Source of the DNA: Gammaproteobacteria bacterium
GTDB taxonomy: Bacteria > Pseudomonadota > Gammaproteobacteria > Ga0077536
NCBI GenBank assembly: GCA_023257255.1
Contig: JALRCR010000001.1
Span: 266 to 64,265 of the forward strand
Direction of reading: 5' to 3'
DNA: 64,000 nucleotides
The translations under genes and the position numbers were made by a program. Under the pieces are notes generated by a model, which was not told the origin of the DNA, ran no database searches, and saw nothing but the letters and a program-made list of their open reading frames with translations. Positions 22,106-32,659 of the stretch are shown piece by piece; position 1 is the stretch's first letter, and every line of letters starts with the position of its first letter.

Positions 22106-23322
22106 CTCAGGCGGTTCGCAAACCCGTGCCCGTGATGCGCATCCATGATGAGCCGCGCTTTGATCCGTGGTTTGTTTTCGCGCTGGTGACTTTGGTCGCA
22201 CTGGGCATCGTGATGGTCGCCTCGGCTTCAATCGCGCTCGGTGCCCGGAATCACGGCACGGAGTTTTATTACGCCAAGCGCCATCTCTTTTCGCTGAGCA
22301 TGGGCAGCCTCTTCGGCTACGTGCTCTACCGCGCCGGGCTCGATACCATCCGGCGCTACAGCGTCTTCGGGCTAGGGATTTCAATCCTGTTGTTGATGGC
22401 GGTGCTGGTGCCGGGCATTGGCCATCGCGTCAATGGCGCCTGGCGCTGGCTGTCGATCGGCGGCGTGACCATTCAGGCCTCCGAAGTCGCCAAGCTCGGC
22501 ATCATCGTGTACCTGGCGGGCTATCTGGTGCGCCATCAACTGCAGGTCCGGCAGCATCTGTGGGGCTTCGCGAAGCCGATTGGCGTGTTTGGGGTCATCG
22601 CCCTGCTGCTACTGGCCGAGCCCGATATGGGGACCACCATCGTGCTGGCGGCGACGACGCTGGGCATGGTGCTGCTGGCCGGCGCGCCGATCCCCACATT
22701 CATCGGGGCGGGCTCGATTCTGGCAACGCTGGTCGGTGTCCTGATCGTGATGGAACCCTACCGCCTCGCCCGTTTGAGCAGCTACCGCAACCCTTTCGAG
22801 CATGCCGAGACCTCGGGCTACCAGCTGGTGCAGTCGCTGATCGCCTTCGGGCGCGGCGAGTGGACCGGTGTCGGACTCGGCAACAGCGTGCAGAAGTTGT
22901 TCTATCTGCCGGAAGTGCACACCGACTTTATCTTCGCCGTGATCGGTGAAGAACTGGGCCTTGCCGGCACGGTGTCGGTGATTCTGCTGTTCCTGTTTCT
23001 GGTCTGGCGCATCTTTCGCATTGGCGAACGGGCCGAGCGGATGGGCCAGACCTATGGCGCCAATCTGGCCTACGGCGTGGCCTTGCTGGTGGGCCTTGAG
23101 TCCTTCATCAACATCGGCGTGAACATGGGCTTCTTCCCGACCAAGGGACTGACCTTGCCCTTCATCAGCTATGGCAACAACAGCACCATGGTGCTGTGTG
23201 CGGCGATGGCGCTGGTGCTGCGGGTGGCGCATGAATCGCGTACCGATCGCTCGGCGGTCACACCGCCCGCCGAGCCGCCGCCCGTCATCGACGAGCCACC
23301 CTCGGAGCTTGCGCATGGCTAG
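22102..23322 (+). CDS. ftsW: SEDS-family peptidoglycan glycosyltransferase FtsW
   Basis: 406 aa polytopic protein. LPEVHTDFIFAVIGEELG and PTKGLTLPFISYGNNS are SEDS hallmarks. Confidence 0.95.
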   Translation: MTQAVRKPVPVMRIHDEPRFDPWFVFALVTLVALGIVMVASASIALGARNHGTEFYYAKRHLFSLSMGSLFGYVLYRAGLDTIRRYSVFGLGISILLLMAVLVPGIGHRVNGAWRWLSIGGVTIQASEVAKLGIIVYLAGYLVRHQLQVRQHLWGFAKPIGVFGVIALLLLAEPDMGTTIVLAATTLGMVLLAGAPIPTFIGAGSILATLVGVLIVMEPYRLARLSSYRNPFEHAETSGYQLVQSLIAFGRGEWTGVGLGNSVQKLFYLPEVHTDFIFAVIGEELGLAGTVSVILLFLFLVWRIFRIGERAERMGQTYGANLAYGVALLVGLESFINIGVNMGFFPTKGLTLPFISYGNNSTMVLCAAMALVLRVAHESRTDRSAVTPPAEPPPVIDEPPSELAHG

Positions 23323-24391
23323 ACGCGTACTGATTCTCGCGGGCGGCACCGGGGGGCATATTTATCCCGCACTGGCGGTGGCCGACGTGCTGCGTCAGCA
23401 GGATGTGGGCCTGCGCTGGCTGGGTGCGGCCGGTGGTATGGAAGGCCGCATCGTGCCCGGTGCCGGCATCGAACTGGTGGAGATGGTGGTCTCCGGGCTT
23501 CGCGGGCGGGGCTGGCGCGGCTGGTTGCTGGCGCCATTCACGCTGCTGGTGGCGACCGCGCGGGCGGTGACGGCGATACGGGCATTCCAGCCCGGCGTGG
23601 TGCTGGGGATGGGCGGCTTTGTCAGCGGCCCCGGCGGGCTTGCGGCCTGGCTGTGCCGGCGCCCGCTGGTGATTCATGAACAAAATGCCATCCCGGGCCT
23701 GACCAACCGTTTGCTGGCGCGACTCGCGACCCGCGTGCTGGAGGCCTATCCGGGCAGCTTCAGCGCCGCGCATCGCGCGCTGACCACCGGCAATCCGGTG
23801 CGTGCCGCAATCGCCGCGCTAGCCGGGCAGATTCGCGCCCCGCGCCCGGCCGGTGCGCCACTGCGGGTGCTGGTGCTGGGCGGCAGTCGCGGTGCGCGCC
23901 GACTCAACACCGTGCTGCCGGTGGCGCTTGCCCGCCTGGCGGAGCAGCCGCTGGAAGTCTGGCATCAGACCGGTGAGGCCGACCTCGCGAGCACCCGGGC
24001 TGCCTACGCGGCGGCAGTGCCCGGCGCGCGCGTGGACCCTTTCATCACCGACATGCCGGCCGCCTATCTATGGGCCGATGTGGTGGTGTGCCGGGCCGGC
24101 GCCATGACGATTGCGGAACTGGCCGCCGCGGGCCTGCCGGCGGTGCTCGTGCCATTCCCGCATGCGGTCGACGACCATCAGACGGCCAACGCGCGTTATT
24201 TGGCAGACGCCGGTGCGGCCGTGCTGGTGGCCGATGCCGCGCTGACCGCCGAAGCGTTGGCGGCGCAACTCCAAATCTGGGCCGAGGACCGCGACCTGCT
24301 GACGCAGATGGGCGCCAAGGCGCGCGCGCTGGCGCAACCCATGGCGGCTGACACGGTCGCCCATCACTGTCTGGATCTGCTCCATGCATAA
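23315..24391 (+). CDS. murG: UDP-GlcNAc:lipid I GlcNAc transferase
   Basis: The ORF at 23171..24391 is trimmed to ATG 23315 (MARRVLILAGGTGGHIYPALAVA), giving 358 aa. Confidence 0.95.
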   Translation: MARRVLILAGGTGGHIYPALAVADVLRQQDVGLRWLGAAGGMEGRIVPGAGIELVEMVVSGLRGRGWRGWLLAPFTLLVATARAVTAIRAFQPGVVLGMGGFVSGPGGLAAWLCRRPLVIHEQNAIPGLTNRLLARLATRVLEAYPGSFSAAHRALTTGNPVRAAIAALAGQIRAPRPAGAPLRVLVLGGSRGARRLNTVLPVALARLAEQPLEVWHQTGEADLASTRAAYAAAVPGARVDPFITDMPAAYLWADVVVCRAGAMTIAELAAAGLPAVLVPFPHAVDDHQTANARYLADAGAAVLVADAALTAEALAAQLQIWAEDRDLLTQMGAKARALAQPMAADTVAHHCLDLLHA

Positions 24392-25796
24392 GCCCGAGAC
24401 GCTGCCGATGCACAACGTCCGACGCATCCACTTTGTGGGCGTCGGGGGCGCCGGGATGAGCGGGCTGGCAGAGGTGTTTCATAACCTGGGCTATGCCATC
24501 TCGGGCTCCGATCAGGCGTCGAACCGGATGACCGAGCAGCTCGCACGTCTGGGCGTCGCGATTTCGGTGGGCCACGCGGCCGAACACGCGGCGCAGGCCG
24601 ACGTGGTGGTCTATTCCAGCGCCATCCCGGCTGACAATCCGGAACTGCTGGCCGCGCGGGCGCGCCGTGTGCCCATCGTGCCCCGCGCCGAAATGCTGGC
24701 CGAACTGATGCGCTTCCGCAGCGGCATTGCCATCGCCGGCACCCACGGCAAAACGACGACCACCAGCCTCATGGCCAGCGTGCTGGCCGAGGGCGGGCTT
24801 GACCCGACATTCGTCATCGGCGGGCTCTTGCACAGCGCTGACTCCCACGCGCGCCTCGGCACCGGCCACTATCTGGTGGCGGAAGCCGATGAGAGCGACG
24901 CGTCCTTCCTGCTGCTCAATCCCCTGATGGCGGTGTTGACCAACATCGACGCCGACCACATGGACACCTACCAGCAGGATTTCGAGCGCCTGCGCGGCAG
25001 TTTTCGCGATTTCTTCCGCCGCTTGCCGTTTTACGGCGTGGCGGTGATTTGCGCCGACGACCCCAACGCCGCGTCGCTGGTCGACCAGTTACATACGCGG
25101 GTCATCACCTATGGCCAGCAGCAGGACGCGGACATCCAGGGTTATGACATCGAATTACGCGGCACCCGGTCGCGCTTTCGCGTGCGTCGCCGCGGCGTGG
25201 CCGACGATTTTGAAGTCACCCTCAATATGCCCGGACGGCACAACGCGCTGAATGCGTTGGCGGCCATCGCGGTCGCCGGCGAGCTGGGTATTTCCGATGC
25301 GGCGGTCGCGCGCGCCCTGGGCAGTTTTCAGGGCGTGGGCCGGCGCTGCCAGGTGCGCGGCCGCACCCGATTTGGCAACGCGCTGGTGACCGTGATTGAT
25401 GATTATGGCCATCACCCGCGCGAACTCGCCGCGATGATCAGAACCGCCCGCGAAAGCTGGGCCGGGACCCGGTTGGTGCTGGCCTTCCAGCCCCATCGTT
25501 ACAGCCGCACGCGCGACTTGTTTGAAGATTTTGCCGAGGTGCTGAGCGGCGTCGACGTGTTGCTGCTGCTCGACATCTACAGCGCCGGTGAGAAGCCGCT
25601 GCCGGGCGCCGACGCCCGCGCGCTCTGCCGATCGATTCGCGCCCGTGGCGCCGTCGATCCGGTGTTTGTATCCGGGCCGGACAAGCTGCCTGAAGCGCTG
25701 GCCGGCGTGGTCAGGGATGACGATCTGGTGATGCTGCTGGGCGCCGGCAGTATCGGCCGGGTCGCCGAGCGCCTGCACTATGAGGCGGACGCCTGA
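24384..25796 (+). CDS. murC: UDP-MurNAc:L-alanine ligase
   Basis: 470 aa. IHFVGVGGAGMSGLAEV and P-loop GTHGKTTTTS. Confidence 0.95.
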   Translation: MHKPETLPMHNVRRIHFVGVGGAGMSGLAEVFHNLGYAISGSDQASNRMTEQLARLGVAISVGHAAEHAAQADVVVYSSAIPADNPELLAARARRVPIVPRAEMLAELMRFRSGIAIAGTHGKTTTTSLMASVLAEGGLDPTFVIGGLLHSADSHARLGTGHYLVAEADESDASFLLLNPLMAVLTNIDADHMDTYQQDFERLRGSFRDFFRRLPFYGVAVICADDPNAASLVDQLHTRVITYGQQQDADIQGYDIELRGTRSRFRVRRRGVADDFEVTLNMPGRHNALNALAAIAVAGELGISDAAVARALGSFQGVGRRCQVRGRTRFGNALVTVIDDYGHHPRELAAMIRTARESWAGTRLVLAFQPHRYSRTRDLFEDFAEVLSGVDVLLLLDIYSAGEKPLPGADARALCRSIRARGAVDPVFVSGPDKLPEALAGVVRDDDLVMLLGAGSIGRVAERLHYEADA

Positions 25797-25798
25797 AG

Positions 25799-26779
25799 AT
25801 GAACGGACGCGAGGCAACTGCGAGGGCAATGCAAGTGGCTGAGGGTGAAGAGGCAAGCGTGCTGAACAGTCCGGCGTGGCTGGCGGGGCTGTCCTTGCGT
25901 GGGCGACTGCGGTCGCATGAGCCCATGTCCAGGCACTGCACCTGGCGGGCCGGCGGCGCGGCCGAGCGCTTGTTCGAGCCGGCCGATCTGGCGGACCTGG
26001 TGAGCTTCCTGCAGGCGGCGCCGCTGGCCGAGCCGCTGACCCTGATTGGTTTTGGCAGCAATCTGCTGGTGCGTGACGGCGGCCTTCCCGGCACGGTCAT
26101 CCTGACCGCCGGCGTCTTCGGCCAGTTGCGTTGGCTGGACGAGCGGCGGGTAGAGGCGGGCGCTGGTGTCGCCTGCGCCAAGGTGGCCCGTCAGGCCGCC
26201 CGACGCCAGTTGGGCGGCGGTGAATTTCTGGGCGGCATTCCGGGCACGATTGGCGGCGCGCTGGCAATGAACGCGGGCGCCTTCGGGCATGAAATCTGGT
26301 CGCTGGTCGACGCGGTAGAAACCCTCAGCCGCGGCGGTCGCGTACAGCGCCGCCCGGCGGCTGAATTCCGCGCCAACTATCGGCAACTGGAAGGCCTGAA
26401 CGAAGAATGGTTTGTCTCGGGCACGCTGCGCTTTGACGTCGACGCCAGCACCACCGCCACGGTGCGCGACCTGCTGGCCCGGCGGAACGCCAGCCAGCCG
26501 CTGGGCTTGCCGAGCTGCGGTTCTGTCTTCAAAAACCCGCCCGGCGATTTTGCCGGTCGGCTGATCGAGGCGGCAGGCTGCAAAGGTCGACGCAGGGGCG
26601 GCGCCTATGTCTCGCCCAAGCACGCCAATTTCATCATTAATGACGGCAGCGCCAGCGCCGACGACATCGAAGGCCTGATGTGGGAAGTCCAGCAGCTGGT
26701 GGCGGCGCATAGCGGTCAGCGCCTGGAAACCGAAGTCAGAATTCTGGGCCTCCCGGCCGCCGATGGGGTGGGCGCATGA
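25799..26779 (+). CDS. murB: UDP-N-acetylenolpyruvoylglucosamine reductase
   Basis: LRSHEPMSRHCTWRAGGAAERLFEP, GFGSNLLVRDGG and SCGSVFKNP are MurB-like. About 25 aa of N-terminal extension suggests the true start may be internal. Confidence 0.9.
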   Translation: MNGREATARAMQVAEGEEASVLNSPAWLAGLSLRGRLRSHEPMSRHCTWRAGGAAERLFEPADLADLVSFLQAAPLAEPLTLIGFGSNLLVRDGGLPGTVILTAGVFGQLRWLDERRVEAGAGVACAKVARQAARRQLGGGEFLGGIPGTIGGALAMNAGAFGHEIWSLVDAVETLSRGGRVQRRPAAEFRANYRQLEGLNEEWFVSGTLRFDVDASTTATVRDLLARRNASQPLGLPSCGSVFKNPPGDFAGRLIEAAGCKGRRRGGAYVSPKHANFIINDGSASADDIEGLMWEVQQLVAAHSGQRLETEVRILGLPAADGVGA

Positions 26780-27726
26780 CGCCGCTACCTTTCCAGGAAG
26801 CCGAGGTGCTGGCCCGCGCCGGTCGCGTGGTGGTGCTGATGGGCGGTGACACCGCAGAGCGCGAGGTGTCGCTGAAAAGCGGCACCGCCGTTGCGGCCGC
26901 ACTGGCCCGCGCCGGCGTTGCGGTACAGACGTTGGACTTCCGCGCGGGCAGCTTGCCGGACTTGCTGGCACTGGCCCCGGACCGCGTGTTCATTGCCCTG
27001 CACGGCAGGGGCGGCGAAGACGGACAGCTGCAAGGCGCGCTGGGCGTGGCCGGTATCCCGTACACCGGCAGCGGCGTGCTGGGCTGCGCGCTCGCCATGG
27101 ACAAGGTTCGCAGCAAGCAGCTGTGGCACAGTCAGGGGCTGCCCACGCCGGCCTTTGAACTGGTAGACGCGAGCACCGACGCGCGGGCGCTGGTGGGGCG
27201 GCTCGGCTTGCCCTTGGCGATCAAGCCGGCGCACGAGGGCTCCAGCGTCGGTGTGAGCAAGGTCACCGCGCTGGCCGAAGTGGCGCCGGCCATTGCGCTC
27301 GCCCAACGCTATGACCGCGTGGTGCTGGCCGAGCGCTGGATTACCGGCGGCGAATATACCCTGTCGATCGTCGGCGGCCAGACGCTGCCCATCATCAAGC
27401 TGGAAACCCCGCATCAGTTCTATGATTACGCGGCCAAGTACCTTGCGGACTCCACCCGCTATCTCTGCCCCTGCGGGCTGTCTGCCGAGCGCGAAGCGGC
27501 GCTGGCGGCGCTGGGACTGCGGGCCTTCGAGGCGCTCGGCGCGAGCGCCTGGGGGCGGGTCGATTTCATGCTGGACGAAGCGGGCCAGCCGCACTTCATC
27601 GAACTTAATACCGTGCCCGGCATGACCGACCATTCCCTGGTGCCGATGGCCGCGGCCGCCGTGGGCTGGACCTTCGAGCAGCTGGCGCTGCAAATTCTGG
27701 CATCGAGTTTTGAGCGTGCGACATGA
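26776..27726 (+). CDS. ddl: D-alanine--D-alanine ligase
   Basis: 316 aa ATP-grasp protein. FIALHGRGGEDGQLQGAL, KPAHEGSSVGV and ELNTVPGMT are Ddl-like. Confidence 0.95.
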   Translation: MTPLPFQEAEVLARAGRVVVLMGGDTAEREVSLKSGTAVAAALARAGVAVQTLDFRAGSLPDLLALAPDRVFIALHGRGGEDGQLQGALGVAGIPYTGSGVLGCALAMDKVRSKQLWHSQGLPTPAFELVDASTDARALVGRLGLPLAIKPAHEGSSVGVSKVTALAEVAPAIALAQRYDRVVLAERWITGGEYTLSIVGGQTLPIIKLETPHQFYDYAAKYLADSTRYLCPCGLSAEREAALAALGLRAFEALGASAWGRVDFMLDEAGQPHFIELNTVPGMTDHSLVPMAAAAVGWTFEQLALQILASSFERAT

Positions 27727-28502
27727 GCTCTCGCCAGCCGCAGCGTCCGGCCAGCGTCCCGCGCGACGCCGCGCCTCTGCGGCCAGTCCGCTGGCTGTGG
27801 CCGCTGCTTGGTGTGCTGCTGGGATTGAGTGGCTGGCGCCTGTGGGAGCATCTGCACGACCCGCACGCCTATCCCATTCGCAAACTCACGGTGGACGGGG
27901 AGTTTCGCTTTCTGGCCCGGGAGTCAATCCAGCAGCTGGTGGGCGGGGCGGTATCCGGCGGCTTTTTCGAGGTCAACGTGCAGCAGGTGCGGCGCATGAT
28001 CCTGCGCGAGCCCTGGGTACGCGAGGCCAGTGTGACGCGCGTCTGGCCCGACACCATTCACGTCAGCATTCGCGAACAGCAGCCGGTAGCGCGCTGGGGC
28101 AAGGACGGCCTGCTCAGCACGACGCAGGAAGTCTTCAGCCCGGATCAGGCGAGTTTTCCGCCCGGATTAATCCGCTTGTACGGCCCACCGGGCAGCGAGG
28201 CGGAAGTCTGGACCACCTACCGGCGGGCGAGCGTGCTGCTCGGCGAGCTGGGTTTGAAAATCGGCAGCCTCGCGCTCTCGGACCGTCGGGCATGGCAGAT
28301 CGTACTCAGCGACGGGTCTACCCTGCTCCTCGGCCGGCACTTCACGCAGGAGCGGCTCGAGCGTTTTATTCGCGCCTGGCCGCGCATCCTGCGCGAGAAC
28401 TGGATGCGGGTGCAGACGCTGGACCTGCGCTACACCAATGGCTTTGCGGTCAAGGAGCGACCGACTGCCCCAAGCCCGGCGACACCCGGCACCAAACCAT
28501 GA
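27723..28502 (+). CDS. ftsQ: Cell division protein FtsQ
   Basis: 259 aa, single TM followed by POTRA-like sequence (IRKLTVDGEFRFLARESIQQLV, VRWPDTIHVSIREQQPVARW). Position between ddl and ftsA supports the call. Confidence 0.87.
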   Translation: MSSRQPQRPASVPRDAAPLRPVRWLWPLLGVLLGLSGWRLWEHLHDPHAYPIRKLTVDGEFRFLARESIQQLVGGAVSGGFFEVNVQQVRRMILREPWVREASVTRVWPDTIHVSIREQQPVARWGKDGLLSTTQEVFSPDQASFPPGLIRLYGPPGSEAEVWTTYRRASVLLGELGLKIGSLALSDRRAWQIVLSDGSTLLLGRHFTQERLERFIRAWPRILRENWMRVQTLDLRYTNGFAVKERPTAPSPATPGTKP

Positions 28503-28540
28503 TTTTTCACTTCGCAGCAGAACGAGGCTGACCAAACCCT

Positions 28541-29782
28541 ATGCTCAGGAAGCAGGACAAGAACCTTATCGTCGGGCTCGACATCGGCACCTCCAAAGTG
28601 GTGGCGCTGGTGGGCGAAATTGGGGAAGACGGGTCGGTCGAAGTGATCGGTCTGGGTTCGCACCCCTCGCGCGGCCTGAAGCGCGGCGTGGTGGTCAACA
28701 TCGATTCCACCGTGCAGTCGGTGCAGCGCGCAGTGGAAGAAGCCGAGCTGATGGCCGGCTGTGAGATCAAGTCGGTGTCGGTCGGGATTGCCGGCAGCCA
28801 CGTGCGCAGCCTGAACTCGAACGGCATTGTGAAAATCAAGGACGGTGAGGTCACCCAGAGCGACAAGGACCGGGTGCTGGAAGCCGCGCGCGCGGTGGCA
28901 ATTCCGGCCGACCAGCAAATCCTCCACACGCTGGCGCAGGAGTACATCATCGACGGTCAGGACGGCATCCGCGAGCCCATCGGCATGTCCGGCGTGCGGC
29001 TGGAAGCGCGCGTCCATATTGTGACCGGGGCGCAAAGCGCGACCCAGAACATCGTGAAATGCGTGCGGCGCTGCGGCCTGATTGCCGACGACATCGTCCT
29101 GCAGCAGCTGGCGTCGTCGACCGCCGTGCTGGCCGAAGACGAGAAAGATCTGGGCGTTTGTCTGTGTGACATCGGCGGCGGAACCACCGACATCGCGGTG
29201 TTCGTGCACGGCGCGATTCACCACTCGGCGGTCATTCCGATCGCGGGCGATCAGGTCACTAACGACATCGCGGTTGCCCTGCGGACGCCGACGCATCACG
29301 CGGAAGATCTGAAAATTCGCTACGCCTGCGCGATGACCCAACTCGCCAACGCCAACGAGACGATTGAAGTGCCCAGCGTGGGTGACCGCGCGTCGCGGCG
29401 GCTTGAGCGCCAGACGCTGGCCGAAGTGGTAGAGCCCCGCTACGACGAGCTGTTTGGCCTTGTGCTGGCGGAACTCAAGCGCAGCGGCTTCGAAAACATG
29501 ATCGCCGCCGGCGTGGTGTTGACCGGGGGTGGCGCGCGCATGGAAGGGGCGATCGAACTGGCCGAGGAGGTGTTCAACATGCCGGTGCGGCTCGGGGTTC
29601 CGCAGCACGTGACGGGTCTGGTTGAGGTAGTGCGCAACCCGATTTATGCCACCGGCGTCGGTTTGCTGCTGGAGGCGAACAAGAACCTGCGCAACGGGCA
29701 GCAATCGCGTGGGGTTAGTCGTCTGGAAGTGGCCGGTGGGGTGTTGGGAAGAATGAAAACCTGGTTTCAGGGCAATTTTTGA
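28541..29782 (+). CDS. ftsA: Cell division protein FtsA
   Basis: 413 aa actin-like protein. LIVGLDIGTSKVVALVGE and DIGGGTTDIAVF. Confidence 0.97.
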   Translation: MLRKQDKNLIVGLDIGTSKVVALVGEIGEDGSVEVIGLGSHPSRGLKRGVVVNIDSTVQSVQRAVEEAELMAGCEIKSVSVGIAGSHVRSLNSNGIVKIKDGEVTQSDKDRVLEAARAVAIPADQQILHTLAQEYIIDGQDGIREPIGMSGVRLEARVHIVTGAQSATQNIVKCVRRCGLIADDIVLQQLASSTAVLAEDEKDLGVCLCDIGGGTTDIAVFVHGAIHHSAVIPIAGDQVTNDIAVALRTPTHHAEDLKIRYACAMTQLANANETIEVPSVGDRASRRLERQTLAEVVEPRYDELFGLVLAELKRSGFENMIAAGVVLTGGGARMEGAIELAEEVFNMPVRLGVPQHVTGLVEVVRNPIYATGVGLLLEANKNLRNGQQSRGVSRLEVAGGVLGRMKTWFQGNF

Positions 29783-29917
29783 GGCGGCCAGCGCGCTGCT
29801 CGCCCGCTTCGGGCGCAGCGGCAGCGGGGCTGCGGTGATTTAAACGCTGGTAATAACTCGCTCGACCCAAGTCCGCACCGAAAAGCGGACACGGTCGAAC
29901 TAAACGGAGAAAACAAC

Positions 29918-31123
29918 ATGTTTGAAGTGATGGAAGCGTATAGCAAGAACGCGGTGATCAAGGTGATCGGCGTTGGCGGCGGTGGCGGCAACGCCGTTCA
30001 GCACATGCTGAGCGCGGAAATCGAGGGCGTCGATTTCATCTGCGCCAACACCGATGCGCAGGCGCTGCGTTCCTCCGCGGTCCCCACGGTGCTGCAACTG
30101 GGCGGCGACATTACCCGCGGACTGGGTGCCGGGGCGAATCCGGAAATCGGCCGTCAGGCGGCGCTGGAAGACCGCGACCGGATCAGCGACCTGCTGGAAG
30201 GGGCCGACATGGTGTTTATCACCGCCGGGATGGGCGGTGGCACGGGCACCGGCGCGGCGCCAGTCATCGCCCAAATTGCGCGTGAGAAGGGCATTCTGAC
30301 GGTGGCGGTGGTTACCCGTCCGTTCGCTTTTGAAGGCAAGCGCCGTATGGACTGCGCGAACCACGGGCTCCGCGAACTGAGCCAATACGTCGATTCGCTC
30401 ATTACTATCCCCAACGAACGTCTGCTCGCGGTGCTGGGCCGTGAAATCAGCATGCTGGATGCCTTCAAGGCCGCCAACGACGTGCTGCTGGGCGCCGTGG
30501 TCGGGGTCGCGGAACTCATCACCTGCCCGGGGCTGATCAATGTCGACTTTGCCGACGTGCGCACTGTGATGCAGGAAATGGGCATGGCGATGATGGGCAG
30601 TGGCCGGGGCCGTGGACCGACCCGCGCCGCCGATGCCGCCCGCGCCGCCATCGCCAGCCCGCTGCTCGACAACATCAATTTGTCCGGTGCCAAAGGCATT
30701 CTGGTCAACATCACGGCCGGCGCCGACCTCACGATGGGTGAGTTCGAAGACGTGGGTAACGCGGTGCGCGAGTTTGCGTCCGATAACGCGACCGTGGTGG
30801 TGGGCACCGTGATCGATCCAGCCACCGAAGGTGAAGTGCGGGTGACGATCGTGGCAACGGGCATCAGCAGCGACCCGGTGCGTCCGCCGGTTGAGGCGCC
30901 AAAGCCGGTTGAGGTGCTGCGTCCGGTCGAGCCGGTCGCGCCCGCTGCGCCGGTCGCCGTGATGGTGCCGACGGTGAGCATTGAGCCGCCGCGGGAGCCG
31001 CGCAGCCGTCAGGTCGACCTGCCGCCGATGCGCCGGAATCCGCCACAGGAAAAGCGTGAAGAACCTGCCCAGACCACCAGCTATCTGGATATTCCGGCCT
31101 TTCTGCGGCGTCAGGCCGATTGA
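29918..31123 (+). CDS. ftsZ: Cell division GTPase FtsZ
   Basis: 401 aa with the tubulin signature [20 protein letters not shown] and the C-terminal [11 protein letters not shown]. Confidence 0.98.
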   Translation: MFEVMEAYSKNAVIKVIGVGGGGGNAVQHMLSAEIEGVDFICANTDAQALRSSAVPTVLQLGGDITRGLGAGANPEIGRQAALEDRDRISDLLEGADMVFITAGMGGGTGTGAAPVIAQIAREKGILTVAVVTRPFAFEGKRRMDCANHGLRELSQYVDSLITIPNERLLAVLGREISMLDAFKAANDVLLGAVVGVAELITCPGLINVDFADVRTVMQEMGMAMMGSGRGRGPTRAADAARAAIASPLLDNINLSGAKGILVNITAGADLTMGEFEDVGNAVREFASDNATVVVGTVIDPATEGEVRVTIVATGISSDPVRPPVEAPKPVEVLRPVEPVAPAAPVAVMVPTVSIEPPREPRSRQVDLPPMRRNPPQEKREEPAQTTSYLDIPAFLRRQAD

Positions 31124-31271
31124 GATCGGGATCGGGCGTTCACCGCTGATTCAGCCGGGCCGTACCACTGTGCGCCCGGCAGGCGTTTAATCGACGGTCG
31201 TTTTGCCGCGAATTCGACCTCGCGTGGTAACATTCGGCCGAAAGTGGTCAGGGTAGGGGGCTTCTGTACTG

Positions 31272-32183
31272 ATGTTGAACCAACGAACGCTCAAAAACGT
31301 CATCCGCGCCACCGGCGTAGGCTTGCATACAGGCAAGAAAGTGCTGGTCACCTTGAGACCGGCGGGCGTCGACAAAGGCATCATTTTTCGTCGGGTCGAT
31401 CTGGACCCGATAGTCGAAATCCCGGCCCGGGCCGAGAACGTGGGGGACACCAGTCTGTCCACCAGCCTGTTACGCGATGGCGTGCGGATTTCGACGGTAG
31501 AGCACCTGCTGTCGGCGTTTGCGGGGCTTGGCATCGACAACGCCTACGTTGATTTGAGTTCAGCCGAAGTGCCCATCATGGACGGTAGCGCCGGGCCCTT
31601 CGTTTTCCTCCTGCAGTCGGCAGGCTTTCAGGAACAGAACTCGCCCAAGCGTTTCATACGCATCAAAAAACGGATCGAAGTCAGCGACGGCGACAAATGG
31701 GCGCGGTTTGAGCCCTTCTCCGGTTTCAAGGTGTCATTCGCCATCGAGTTTGACCACCCGTTCTTCCAGCAAAGCAGCAAGCATGCGGAAATCGACTTCT
31801 CGACCACGTCTTTCGTGAAAGAAGTCAGCCGGGCCCGCACCTTCGGCTTCATGCGTGAAGTGGAATGGCTGCGCAGCCGCAATCTGGCCTTGGGCGGCAG
31901 CCTCGACAACGCGGTGGTCGTGGACGACTACCGGGTTCTAAACGAAGACGGCCTGCGTTACGAGGACGAATTCGTCAAACACAAGATTCTCGACGCGATC
32001 GGGGACCTCTATCTGCTCGGACACAGCCTGATCGGTGCCTTCCACGGCCACAAGTCGGGTCATGAACTGAACAACCAGTTGCTGCGCAAGTTGCTGAATA
32101 CCCAAAGCGCTTGGGAGCAGGTCACCTTCGACGACCACGAAGACGCACCCATCGCCTACGCCCAGCCGATGCCGGCGCACTAG
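31272..32183 (+). CDS. lpxC: UDP-3-O-acyl-GlcNAc deacetylase
   Basis: 303 aa. [24 protein letters not shown] and [31 protein letters not shown]. Confidence 0.97.
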   Translation: MLNQRTLKNVIRATGVGLHTGKKVLVTLRPAGVDKGIIFRRVDLDPIVEIPARAENVGDTSLSTSLLRDGVRISTVEHLLSAFAGLGIDNAYVDLSSAEVPIMDGSAGPFVFLLQSAGFQEQNSPKRFIRIKKRIEVSDGDKWARFEPFSGFKVSFAIEFDHPFFQQSSKHAEIDFSTTSFVKEVSRARTFGFMREVEWLRSRNLALGGSLDNAVVVDDYRVLNEDGLRYEDEFVKHKILDAIGDLYLLGHSLIGAFHGHKSGHELNNQLLRKLLNTQSAWEQVTFDDHEDAPIAYAQPMPAH

Positions 32184-32192
32184 GCCGATTGT

Positions 32193-32519
32193 TTACCGCT
32201 GGCGGTGGTCTTGCGCCGCCGCCGTGGTGTCGACCCTGACCTGAATGCGCTGGATATGGGCCAGCGCTTTGCTTTCCCGGGCCCTTTCCAGCAACTCCGT
32301 TACCTCGTAACGCAGTCGGGTCGCCCAGACCGCTGAAGTGGCGGTCAGCACCAGCGTATCGCCGCGAGTCACCGCGACCTTCACCTGGGGCCGCAGCACC
32401 GCGGGCAACCACTCGCCGACTACCGTATCGATCTGCTGGAGCTCGTGTGCGCGTTCGATCAAACGCGAGAGTGCCGGGGTCTGGGCCACGATGGCACCGA
32501 TGCGGGTGGGATGTTTCAT
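32193..32519 (-). CDS. DUF721-family protein (DciA-like putative replicative helicase loader)
   Basis: The ORF at 32193..32576 is trimmed to MKHPTR, giving 108 aa. The pattern (WLPAVLRPQVKVAVTRGDTLVLTATSAVWATRLRY) resembles DUF721. As I recall, proteobacterial DUF721/DciA genes sit in this position between lpxC and secA. Confidence 0.55.
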   Translation of the reverse strand: MKHPTRIGAIVAQTPALSRLIERAHELQQIDTVVGEWLPAVLRPQVKVAVTRGDTLVLTATSAVWATRLRYEVTELLERARESKALAHIQRIQVRVDTTAAAQDHRQR

Positions 32520-32659
32520 TTCAGCTGGCCGTCGGGTGTCGCGTTGAGGTGATGGCTGTTGGTGGGTTGCCCGCAATAGCGGACACAGGTCGTCTGTTAC
32601 ACTAGCCCACCCATTTTATTGTGGCCGCTCATCGGGCCGGCCAGCTGCTTGAGGAACGT

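Noticed and set aside
31154-31180. Hairpin GCCGGGC-N13-GCCCGGC after ftsZ as a terminator
   Set aside because: The loop is large and no T-tract follows. lpxC is usually co-expressed or has its own promoter, so the evidence is insufficient.
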